64,000 nt of DNA. Origin: an uncultured Methanolobus sp. (lineage in GTDB: Archaea > Halobacteriota > Methanosarcinia > Methanosarcinales > Methanosarcinaceae). Where the stretch lies: contig OY776215.1 in the NCBI GenBank assembly GCA_963675495.1, positions 2,080,001 through 2,144,000 on the forward strand. Direction: 5' to 3'. Both the position numbers and the translations under genes were made by a program. The notes beneath the pieces are model-generated. The model searched no databases. It had not been told where the DNA came from and worked only from the letters and a program-made list of their open reading frames with translations. This document shows positions 20,646 through 28,863 of this stretch, piece by piece. The number at the start of each line of letters is the position of its first letter. The stretch's first letter is position 1.

Positions 20646-21281
20646 ATGGATGAGATTGAAAAAATGCTTCCTGGTTACAATTGTGGTAGTTGCGGGTATC
20701 GCCAGTGCAGGGAGTTTGCAGCAGAGATCAAAAATGCGGAAGACCTGCAGAGATGTCCTTTCCTTTCCCGTGATAATTTCCAGGACAATGTGAAAAATAT
20801 ACTCCTCCTTCTGGGTGAAGATATTTCCAAAGATGAAAAGATAATTGGCATTATTGACGGTATGGAAGCGGATTTCACACTGGCTCCTCTTAAGGCCGAG
20901 TGTTCATGCAGGGAAGACATCCATCCCTTTGATACTTCTATAGAAGTGGAAGTCGGCGACATGCTTCGATACAGACCACTTGGCTGTCCTGTGACTCATT
21001 TTGCAAAGGTCATCGATAAAACTCCCGGTGCAATATATACAGTGCACATGGTAGGGCCACTTCATAGGCTAGGAAATGAAGACTTTAAGTTCAAGGATAT
21101 CGGCTTGTGTATGATACTTGCTTTTGATGGCAAGGTTGCAAAAGGTAAGATCCCAAAAGTAGCTCAGACCGTAAAGTTCGTTCCTGAATACTGTATGATG
21201 CAGAAGGTCCATTCAGGTATGGTCGTAGGTGTGGAAGGCAGAAGCGTTCGTATTGAAGCGATCGATCTTAAAGTATGGTGA
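20646..21281 (+). CDS. Fe-S-binding protein (RnfB/AcsC-type N-terminal 4Fe-4S domain)
   Basis: LPGYNCGSCGYRQC...CP; further Cys/His motifs GCPVTH and CMMQKVH. Confidence 0.85.
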   Translation: MDEIEKMLPGYNCGSCGYRQCREFAAEIKNAEDLQRCPFLSRDNFQDNVKNILLLLGEDISKDEKIIGIIDGMEADFTLAPLKAECSCREDIHPFDTSIEVEVGDMLRYRPLGCPVTHFAKVIDKTPGAIYTVHMVGPLHRLGNEDFKFKDIGLCMILAFDGKVAKGKIPKVAQTVKFVPEYCMMQKVHSGMVVGVEGRSVRIEAIDLKVW

Positions 21282-21284
21282 AAA

Positions 21285-21809
21285 ATGACTCCCTCTTTAT
21301 CAGGTGACCCAACTCCTTCAGAATCCATATTCAAAGGCATCAGGGATGCAGGCATTGATTTTATTGTCAGTGTACCGTGTGCCAATCTCAAAGAGCTTAT
21401 CCCAATGGTAGATGAATCGCCAGACATCATTCACTTACCAGTGACCCGTGAAGAAGAGGGTGTGGGTATATGCGCAGGAGCTTATATGGGAGGTAAAAAG
21501 CCTGCAATGCTCATGCAGAATTCAGGCCTTGGAAATTCGATCAATGCGCTTGCTTCACTAAACATGCTCTATGAGATCCCACTTCTCATGATAATTAGTC
21601 ACAGGGGTGTGCAAGGAGAACCAATAGTTGCACAGGTTCCAATGGGTGAACTTACTTCGAAGCTGCTGGATACAATGGATATCCCGTATTTCCTTCCGCA
21701 CAAAGGTGTCGATCCGGCAGATCTTATCGTAAATGCCTGGAACGAAGCTTCAGAAAAGAAAAAACCGGTTGCGGTACTTTTACCCATACTATTCTGGAGG
21801 AAGCAATAA
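21285..21809 (+). CDS. comD: Sulfopyruvate decarboxylase subunit alpha
   Basis: VSVPC, TREEEGVGICAG, MQNSGLGN. Confidence 0.93.
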   Translation: MTPSLSGDPTPSESIFKGIRDAGIDFIVSVPCANLKELIPMVDESPDIIHLPVTREEEGVGICAGAYMGGKKPAMLMQNSGLGNSINALASLNMLYEIPLLMIISHRGVQGEPIVAQVPMGELTSKLLDTMDIPYFLPHKGVDPADLIVNAWNEASEKKKPVAVLLPILFWRKQ

Positions 21810-22372
21810 TGAAACGCATAGATGCCATCAATGAGATTGCTGCAAAGGCACAGGAAACCGATGCATTGCTCATAGGCAATATTGGTATTCCCTGCAAGGA
21901 ATTGCACAATGCATGTGATATGCCTAATAATTTCTACATGCTGGGTTCCATGGGACTTGCATCCTCAATAGGTCTTGGTCTTGCACTATCAAGGCCTGAT
22001 AAGAAGGTCATTACAATAGATGGGGATGGTTCCATATTGATGAATATGGGAACTCTGGCTACAATAGCTTCACAGGAGCCGGATAATTATCTTCTGGTCA
22101 TTGTTGACAACCGTGCCTATGGTTCAACTGGAAATCAACCTACAGCCACATCAAAGAACACAGATCTTGCAGAGGTTGCAAAGGGTGCAGGGAACAAAGT
22201 AGTATGTGTAGTTGATACTCCCGAGGCTCTGAAAGAAATCCTAAAATCTATGGATCGCGGGATAATTGTGGTAAAAGCAGAACCTGGCAATACTGATGTT
22301 CCGGTAATTGCATTGACTCCGCAGGAGATACTGAAAAGGTTTATGGATATATCTTCTCAACCATCTCATTGA
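21809..22372 (+). CDS. comE: Sulfopyruvate decarboxylase subunit beta
   Basis: NFYMLGSMG, ThDP motif GDGSILM...DN; TAATG coupling. Confidence 0.93.
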   Translation: MKRIDAINEIAAKAQETDALLIGNIGIPCKELHNACDMPNNFYMLGSMGLASSIGLGLALSRPDKKVITIDGDGSILMNMGTLATIASQEPDNYLLVIVDNRAYGSTGNQPTATSKNTDLAEVAKGAGNKVVCVVDTPEALKEILKSMDRGIIVVKAEPGNTDVPVIALTPQEILKRFMDISSQPSH

Positions 22373-23624
22373 GCTTGAACTCTCCGTCTTCAACTTTCTT
22401 TTTAAGCTTCTCCGCAAGTTCCTCTGATCGTTTACGATCAGATTGTCTCAGTACGATGGGCACATCATACTGTTTTTTATCGATTTCAAAGTGCAGGTCT
22501 CCAAGTTTGGCAGTGAATACTCCACCGGGACAAAGTGTTGAGCAGAGCCCGCAATTGAAACACAGATACCTGTTAAGTATCAGTCTGTCATTCTGGCGGT
22601 ATATTGCCTCCATTGGACAATCTCTGACGGGTTTGCATACTTCACAGTTGAGGCATGCATCAGGATCAAAGCTGACCGCTGTGTCCGTATTTTTCCAGGC
22701 ATCAGCGTATGTGCTACTGCCTATCATTACTCTTTTGTCAACGTCATTTATGACCATTGGGATGTCACGGTCTGTTTTGAGTACCGCATCAAGCACAGAC
22801 TGGCTCGTAACCGGTATTGCAATAGCCCATGATGCGATACACTCCGGTCCGGCAGATGTCTTAAAGCCTCCCATGAGTGCCGGGTCCATATCATGCATGT
22901 CTGCGACTCCTGCAAGATTTGGTTTCTCCGGGCTGCTGCGTGTTCCTTCTCCAATAACGAAACCTTCAGCTCCATTCATAAGCATGCGCGTTCCTATGCC
23001 AATGGTGTCCATTTTTTGGTCGTTCTGGATAGGGTTGATCTCGCCACATCCTGAAAGTGTCGCACCGTTCATGTCAGGACTGAATTGCGTAGCATGAAAA
23101 ATAGTATTGACAGGCTTTGTTGAGCAATTCACAAAAGCCGCGTAATTCTTGAAGGTATGGCGGGTAGCATAAAGCTTCGCATAAGGCATGTCTTTCAGTT
23201 TTATCTCACATTTAAAGGATACATTTTCGTCTGTAACAACTGATACTTCTATATCCTTTCCTTCCACCATTTCCCTGAACAGGTGGCCTGCACCATAACT
23301 GTGTTTCTGGGTTGAGTGCGCCGTACCGAATACTATCAGGTCAAGCATTCCGAGGCTTTCATTAGGACAGGGTCCTACATGTGCCGGAACTCCATTGAGA
23401 AGCACTTTCGATGCTCTTTTGAAACTAAGGGGGGAATTCACAGGAAATGAAAGAACTGCATATGTTCCGCTCATTATTGCTCTTGTTGCAGTTGTGACAA
23501 CATCGACATCCATTATGCCAACGTTCTCTTTTCTGTCCACAAGTTTGGAGACTTCCTGTGCTGTCATGACAACAGCTTCCTTTTTCTCCAGTTTTTCCCT
23601 TATATCAGCAACAGAGCGTTCCAA
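22341..23624 (-). CDS. comF: Methanogenesis marker 16 metalloprotein (DUF39 + ferredoxin; proposed ComF)
   Basis: DVVTTAT, MSGT, GPCPNE, SGCGEINP plus two CxxCxxC ferredoxin motifs; TTG start; adjacent to comDE. Confidence 0.85.
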   Translation of the reverse strand: MERSVADIREKLEKKEAVVMTAQEVSKLVDRKENVGIMDVDVVTTATRAIMSGTYAVLSFPVNSPLSFKRASKVLLNGVPAHVGPCPNESLGMLDLIVFGTAHSTQKHSYGAGHLFREMVEGKDIEVSVVTDENVSFKCEIKLKDMPYAKLYATRHTFKNYAAFVNCSTKPVNTIFHATQFSPDMNGATLSGCGEINPIQNDQKMDTIGIGTRMLMNGAEGFVIGEGTRSSPEKPNLAGVADMHDMDPALMGGFKTSAGPECIASWAIAIPVTSQSVLDAVLKTDRDIPMVINDVDKRVMIGSSTYADAWKNTDTAVSFDPDACLNCEVCKPVRDCPMEAIYRQNDRLILNRYLCFNCGLCSTLCPGGVFTAKLGDLHFEIDKKQYDVPIVLRQSDRKRSEELAEKLKKKVEDGEFKLNEMVEKIYP

Positions 23625-23692
23625 AAATATCCCTCGAATTTAGTTAATTGTAAACGTAAATTCAAAAAAAAAAGAGTCAGCATTAACTGCAT

Positions 23693-24826
23693 TCAGTCAA
23701 CACCAAGTATACTTGCCAGTTCAAGACCTTCACTTCCAAGTCCAGCGAGCTGGTCAAAAGCCTCTTCCTTGGTGATGTATTTCTCAGTACGGGTGCCATC
23801 GGTTGCTTCTATCTTGATGGTTATCTCGTTCTTTACATAACCTTTCTCAAGTGACTCCCTGACAATATCTCCATATTGTTCCGCAATGAGCTTGAGGCAG
23901 TCAAACACTTCATTATTGCGTACGGCATCCTTTCCATCAAGCATTATGTGCGTGAGTTTCTGGTGTTTTATGAACATTTCCATATACTTTTTGAGATCAT
24001 CAATAAGGCCTGCTACCTTGTCCACTTGAACTGATCGGAGCAGAGTTTCATCAGAAGTTACGTCGAGTTCCCCATGATATATCTGGTATGTGTCATTGTC
24101 AGAAACGATCTTGAATTTATGGTCACCTTTCTTGTTCTCAAAGCTTACATCAATATGCTTGTTACCGTCATAATTCATGGATGTGATGGTGTGCTCGGAC
24201 ACATCTATCATTTTGACCTTGTTCTCTTTTGAGAATATGCCGGACTTTGTCCATGTTGGGAGGGACAATTCTCCGTAAACCTCTCTGAGCGTGAGTATCT
24301 CATGGGCATAGGTCAGGTCACATGTATATTCCATGCCGGAAAAAGATGCTTTTAGTATTCCTTTTAAGGCACCTTCTTTCATGGAGATATGATATGCTTT
24401 ATTTGCTCCATAAATGCCGGATTCAAAAAGAGGATTCAGGTTGTTCAGCAGATCCATTTCAATCTTGTAGATTCCACTTTCAGACTGGCGTTTGATCATC
24501 TCCAGTTTTTGGTTAAGCTCCTTGAGTCCGTGGTTGCTTGTTTCAATACATGCATCGATAATCGCATTGCGACATTCAAGTATTTCCTTGTCTTCTGCAC
24601 CTTTTGCACGGTCGTCTACATATTGCTGTATATCCTTTCTGAAGCTTTCAATTTCCTCTATCCTTGCTTCAAGGGAGGATATCTCTCCTGTTTCTTCCTC
24701 GCTAAGCTCAATAGCAGAATTCTCAAGTGGAAGGACCTTCTTTGCCATTTCTATGAAATTGTTAAGGTCCTGAATAAAATCTCTTTGTAAAGGTAATTCT
24801 GTAGAATCTTGAAATGTGTATTTCAT
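23693..24826 (-). CDS. Hypothetical protein with N-terminal coiled coil
   Basis: 377-aa ORF with typical codon use; family not recognised. Confidence 0.7.
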   Translation of the reverse strand: MKYTFQDSTELPLQRDFIQDLNNFIEMAKKVLPLENSAIELSEEETGEISSLEARIEEIESFRKDIQQYVDDRAKGAEDKEILECRNAIIDACIETSNHGLKELNQKLEMIKRQSESGIYKIEMDLLNNLNPLFESGIYGANKAYHISMKEGALKGILKASFSGMEYTCDLTYAHEILTLREVYGELSLPTWTKSGIFSKENKVKMIDVSEHTITSMNYDGNKHIDVSFENKKGDHKFKIVSDNDTYQIYHGELDVTSDETLLRSVQVDKVAGLIDDLKKYMEMFIKHQKLTHIMLDGKDAVRNNEVFDCLKLIAEQYGDIVRESLEKGYVKNEITIKIEATDGTRTEKYITKEEAFDQLAGLGSEGLELASILGVD

Positions 24827-24906
24827 CCAAATCCCTTCTTACTTTTTAATAATATATTCTTGCGGACCGCATATATAAATTCTTATTCAGAAGATGCCGT
24901 CTTGTT

Positions 24907-25857
24907 CTAGAGCACACTTCTGACAACATCAAGTATCATGTTCATGTATTTTGCAGCCCCGTTCTTCAGGTCCATTGGGTGAAGTTCTCCTGAAGCAAAC
25001 ACTTTCTCAAGTTCTTGGTAGCTCTTACAAACAAGGTTACCACCGAATTTCTCAGGTCTCTCAAAAACAATTTCTTCATATCTGGGGCATATGTGGTATT
25101 TGAACAGTTCCATCACAGGGTTGTCGTTAACTTCTTCAGCAGGACAGAACGCCTTCTTCATCTTCTTCTTTAGGTCAGCTTCGGTGTCGTCAACGGATAT
25201 GAAGTTGTTATTTGAAGAGGACATCTTTTCACCGTCAAGTCCCAGAAGTATTGGTGTGTGGATGCACAGGGGTGCCTTGAATCCAAGGGATGGAAGTCCT
25301 TCCCTTCCAAGCATGTGTATCTTCCTCTGGTCAATTCCGCCAACAGCGACGTCAACACCAAGCATTGCAATGTCAATTGCCTGCATGATAGGATAGACCA
25401 TCTGGGAAACCGATGGATCTTCCATTTTCCTTCCTACTTCATCCATGCTCCTTGTTGCCCTGTTCAGGGTTGTGATACGTGTAAGTTTGAGCACGTTGAG
25501 GATGTATTCCTGACCGAGCTGGTAATCTGATCCATATACGAAATTTGTGTTCTCTTCATCAAGTCCCAGGGCAATGAAGCATCTTTTATTATAATCTGCG
25601 ACTTCCTTTACTTCTTCAAGTGTTCCTTTTTTATTGAGGTAGGCGTGTACATCCGCAAGAAGGACTGTTATCTTAAAACCTGCGTTCTGAAGGTCAAGGA
25701 GCTTGTTGACCGTAAGTACATGTCCCATATGGATCTTACCACTTGGCTCATATCCTACATAGGCTGTAGGGTGTTCTTTTGTTTCCAGAAGGTTTTTCAG
25801 TTCGTCCTCTGTTACTATTTCCTGCACATTTCTTTTTATAAGCTCAAGTTTATCCAT
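24907..25857 (-). CDS. tyrS: Tyrosine--tRNA ligase
   Basis: YVGYEPSGKIHMGH, GGIDQRKIH, KMSSS. Confidence 0.97.
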   Translation of the reverse strand: MDKLELIKRNVQEIVTEDELKNLLETKEHPTAYVGYEPSGKIHMGHVLTVNKLLDLQNAGFKITVLLADVHAYLNKKGTLEEVKEVADYNKRCFIALGLDEENTNFVYGSDYQLGQEYILNVLKLTRITTLNRATRSMDEVGRKMEDPSVSQMVYPIMQAIDIAMLGVDVAVGGIDQRKIHMLGREGLPSLGFKAPLCIHTPILLGLDGEKMSSSNNNFISVDDTEADLKKKMKKAFCPAEEVNDNPVMELFKYHICPRYEEIVFERPEKFGGNLVCKSYQELEKVFASGELHPMDLKNGAAKYMNMILDVVRSVL

Positions 25858-25919
25858 AGGTTCACCTTAAAAATCGTGGTTTGTATAAACACATCCCTCT
25901 TTAAATGCTTTTTCTTGTG

Positions 25920-26660
25920 TTATTCGCTTACTTGTGGCGCAAGGATCTTTTTGAGAAATGCTTCTCCCTCTTCTGAGCTGAACAACGGGATCTCACGGTC
26001 GCTGAAAATTTTCGTCCGGGTACTTGTTGTTCTCACATTGAGGTGAGGGTTGAAACCTTTAATCTCTATTTCTTTTCGCAGTATCATTATTCCGCGTCTT
26101 TGCCAGGCAGGAACTTTTGATATATTGATCCCTCTTTCAAAAAGGATCTCATGCATGTCTGAGGACTTTTTCTTTTTAAGATACATAGCAGCTTCTTTCT
26201 CATCCATACCTTCGGACAGGAGGGTGTAGTAAGCATATGAGTTGATGCAATTGCGCCATGCTTCATCCTGTCTCCAGACGAGATACTCGTGAATATCTTC
26301 TTCATGAAGGGGAATTACCCTTGAATCAAAAGAGATTGGCTCCTCTGGTTTGAGGGCCATTGTAAAAGCACTGCTGATGAATGAGGGTACTACGGAATCG
26401 ATCTTCTCTATCCGGCTTTCAAAAGCATTATCTCTGAAAAGAAAACTTATCTCATCCGAAAATGTATATGCAAAAACAGGGCTCAATCCGCTCTTTTTAA
26501 AAAACGATTCTACTGAATCGACAATAGCAGATGTGAACCTTTTATCATAGGGTTTTTCAAATCCCATGCGTGATAGCGCATTCTTGAAATTTCTTCCATC
26601 AATGCGCACAATTACAGGCGGTACACAACGCAGATCTGAATAGATCTCTCGCCTTTTCAT
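25920..26660 (-). CDS. thg1: tRNA(His) guanylyltransferase Thg1-like protein
   Basis: RIDGRNF, YTFSDEIS, FDSR, WRQDEAWRN. Confidence 0.93.
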   Translation of the reverse strand: MKRREIYSDLRCVPPVIVRIDGRNFKNALSRMGFEKPYDKRFTSAIVDSVESFFKKSGLSPVFAYTFSDEISFLFRDNAFESRIEKIDSVVPSFISSAFTMALKPEEPISFDSRVIPLHEEDIHEYLVWRQDEAWRNCINSYAYYTLLSEGMDEKEAAMYLKKKKSSDMHEILFERGINISKVPAWQRRGIMILRKEIEIKGFNPHLNVRTTSTRTKIFSDREIPLFSSEEGEAFLKKILAPQVSE

Positions 26661-26663
26661 AGG

Positions 26664-26933
26664 TCAGTCTTCTTCTATCTCTTTCTTTTGCTTCTTGAAT
26701 TTGTTCACAACATTCCTGATAAGCACTATGTCTCCTGAAGTGATGACCCATCTGTATGGAATTATTATTCCTTTGGAGGTGACATCAAAAACATCTCTGT
26801 TGATGTCTGAAATAGCCAATCCTCTGACAATCCTCTCGTCAACATCCAACACAAGGTCAGCTACTTTTCCTATGTATGTGCCTGTATCAGTATAAACGTT
26901 TAAACCGAAAAGTGAAGTTATGTCTGCACGCAT
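26664..26933 (-). CDS. PRC-barrel protein (CdpB-like)
   Basis: VYTDTGTYIGKVADL, IIPYRWV...GDIVLI. Confidence 0.85.
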   Translation of the reverse strand: MRADITSLFGLNVYTDTGTYIGKVADLVLDVDERIVRGLAISDINRDVFDVTSKGIIIPYRWVITSGDIVLIRNVVNKFKKQKKEIEED

Positions 26934-27012
26934 GATATCCTTTCCCTCTTTTATTTTACTTATATATGAATATTTGTATGTAAATCGGTAATTTCGTATG
27001 TAAATGGCATGT

Positions 27013-27948
27013 TTACAGCTTCATTCCGGAGTGGATCTTTGCAATTCCTTCTTTGACTGCACTAGCAGATCTTTCCAGAGCTGCCATTTCCCGGCTGCTA
27101 AGTTCCAGTTCAATGATTTCCTCAACACCTTCTTTTCCAAGCTTAACAGGTACTCCAAGGCATATATCGTGCTGCCCGTATTCCCCGTTGAGGAATGCTG
27201 AAACCGGTACTATTTTTTTCGTGTCGTTGAGTATGGCTTCAACCATGGATGCAATTGCTGCAGATGGTGCATAAAAAGCACTGCCATTTTTCATATATTC
27301 AACTATCTCAGCGCCTGCATTGATTGTCCTGTTCACTATTTTCTCAATAGTTTTTTCGTCCATAAGGGCGTTCAGCGGTATGCCGGATACTGTGGAATAT
27401 TCGGGAAGTGGGACCATCGAGTCACCATGTCCGCCCAGTACCATTGCATTTACGTCTCTTACGGAACAGTTCATTTCCTTTGCAATGAACGATGCAAAAC
27501 GGCTTGAATCAAGCAGTCCACTCATTCCAAACACTCTGTTCCTGTCAGATTGTGTGCATCTCAGGGCAGCATAGGTGATAATATCAAGAGGATTTGTCAC
27601 CGTTATAATAATGGCATCAGGTGCATATTTTTCTATATTTTCGCATACCTGTTGCGTGATCTTGATATTCGTTGCAAGCAGGTCATCTCTCTCCATTCCG
27701 GGTTTGCGTGCAATTCCTGCGGTAACTACCACAACATCTGAACCACTGATGTCTGCATAGTCATTGGTTCCGATCACATCGACATCGTAACCTATAAGTG
27801 GGGCAGCCTGGAGTATGTCCAGTGCTTTTCCCTGCGGCATTCCTTCAACGATGTCGAGCATCACGATATCTGCAATATTAAGTTCCGCAAGTCTTTGAAC
27901 TGTGGTGGCACCTACATTGCCTGATCCGATAACTGCAACTTTGCTCAT
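27013..27948 (-). CDS. mdh: Malate dehydrogenase (LDH-like)
   Basis: GSGNVG, TAGIARKPGM-RDDL, LGGHGD. Confidence 0.95.
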   Translation of the reverse strand: MSKVAVIGSGNVGATTVQRLAELNIADIVMLDIVEGMPQGKALDILQAAPLIGYDVDVIGTNDYADISGSDVVVVTAGIARKPGMERDDLLATNIKITQQVCENIEKYAPDAIIITVTNPLDIITYAALRCTQSDRNRVFGMSGLLDSSRFASFIAKEMNCSVRDVNAMVLGGHGDSMVPLPEYSTVSGIPLNALMDEKTIEKIVNRTINAGAEIVEYMKNGSAFYAPSAAIASMVEAILNDTKKIVPVSAFLNGEYGQHDICLGVPVKLGKEGVEEIIELELSSREMAALERSASAVKEGIAKIHSGMKL

Positions 27949-28106
27949 CTTTCTCTCCTGATTACAATTAATTAAAAAATTACTATATTATAAGTGTAGG
28001 GATTGAATCCAACATATATATATCAAACCTTATTTTATTTAGCACTTGCAGGTAGAACATCATAGTTATCAATATCATCTATCATAATTGAAAAAGGGAA
28101 TTTATC

Positions 28107-28862
28107 ATGCTTACAAGTACATACATTCATATGCCACGGATTGGCACAACTGTGGAAAAAAGGATATGGTCCGGCGGTGTCAGGACCTGGGATGACTTCA
28201 TGGACAAAAGAGATGAGCTTCTGATATCTCCTTCTAAAAAAGAAATGATCATGACTGGCATCAGGGAATCCGCTGAAAGGCTGGAGTCAAGGGATTTTGA
28301 ATTCTTCGCAAGGTCGCTTCCAAAAGCAGAGCATTGGCGTGCGTTCAGGGAATTCTCAGGAAAGGTTGCTTATGTTGATATAGAGACCACCGGTCTTTCC
28401 CCTGGCAGTTCATATATCACAGTTGTAGGTGTCTACGATGGAAAAGATGCCAAAACATACGTTAAAGGCATAGACCTGGATGAGGTCGTGGATGTTTTTT
28501 CCAAATATGAATTCCTTGTGACCTTCAACGGTGCAAGGTTCGATCTTCCTTTCATCAAGCGTGAGTTCCCTGAAATCGAATTCAACCAGTTACATGCAGA
28601 CCTTATGTATCCACTGCGCCGCATCTCTCTTTCAGGAGGCCTGAAAAAGATAGAATGTGAACTTGGCATTTCAAGAGCTGAAGAAACGGTTGGCATAAGC
28701 GGATTTGACGCTGTGCGCCTCTGGCACCAGTATGAGCGCGGGGATGAGGATGCACTTGACCTGCTACTGAAATATAATCGTGAGGATATTGTGAATCTCA
28801 AAACTATAATCGATATTACACTTCCACGTTTTATAGACAACAAATTCTCAGAATGCATTTGA
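28107..28862 (+). CDS. YprB-like RNase H-fold exonuclease
   Basis: DIETTG, TFNGARFD, YNREDI. Confidence 0.88.
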   Translation: MLTSTYIHMPRIGTTVEKRIWSGGVRTWDDFMDKRDELLISPSKKEMIMTGIRESAERLESRDFEFFARSLPKAEHWRAFREFSGKVAYVDIETTGLSPGSSYITVVGVYDGKDAKTYVKGIDLDEVVDVFSKYEFLVTFNGARFDLPFIKREFPEIEFNQLHADLMYPLRRISLSGGLKKIECELGISRAEETVGISGFDAVRLWHQYERGDEDALDLLLKYNREDIVNLKTIIDITLPRFIDNKFSECI

Positions 28863-28863
28863 T

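Noticed and set aside
22369-23097. 242-aa + ORF continuing after comE
   Set aside because: Antisense shadow of marker 16, Ser-rich with no motifs; the same applies to the many other shadow ORFs in the track
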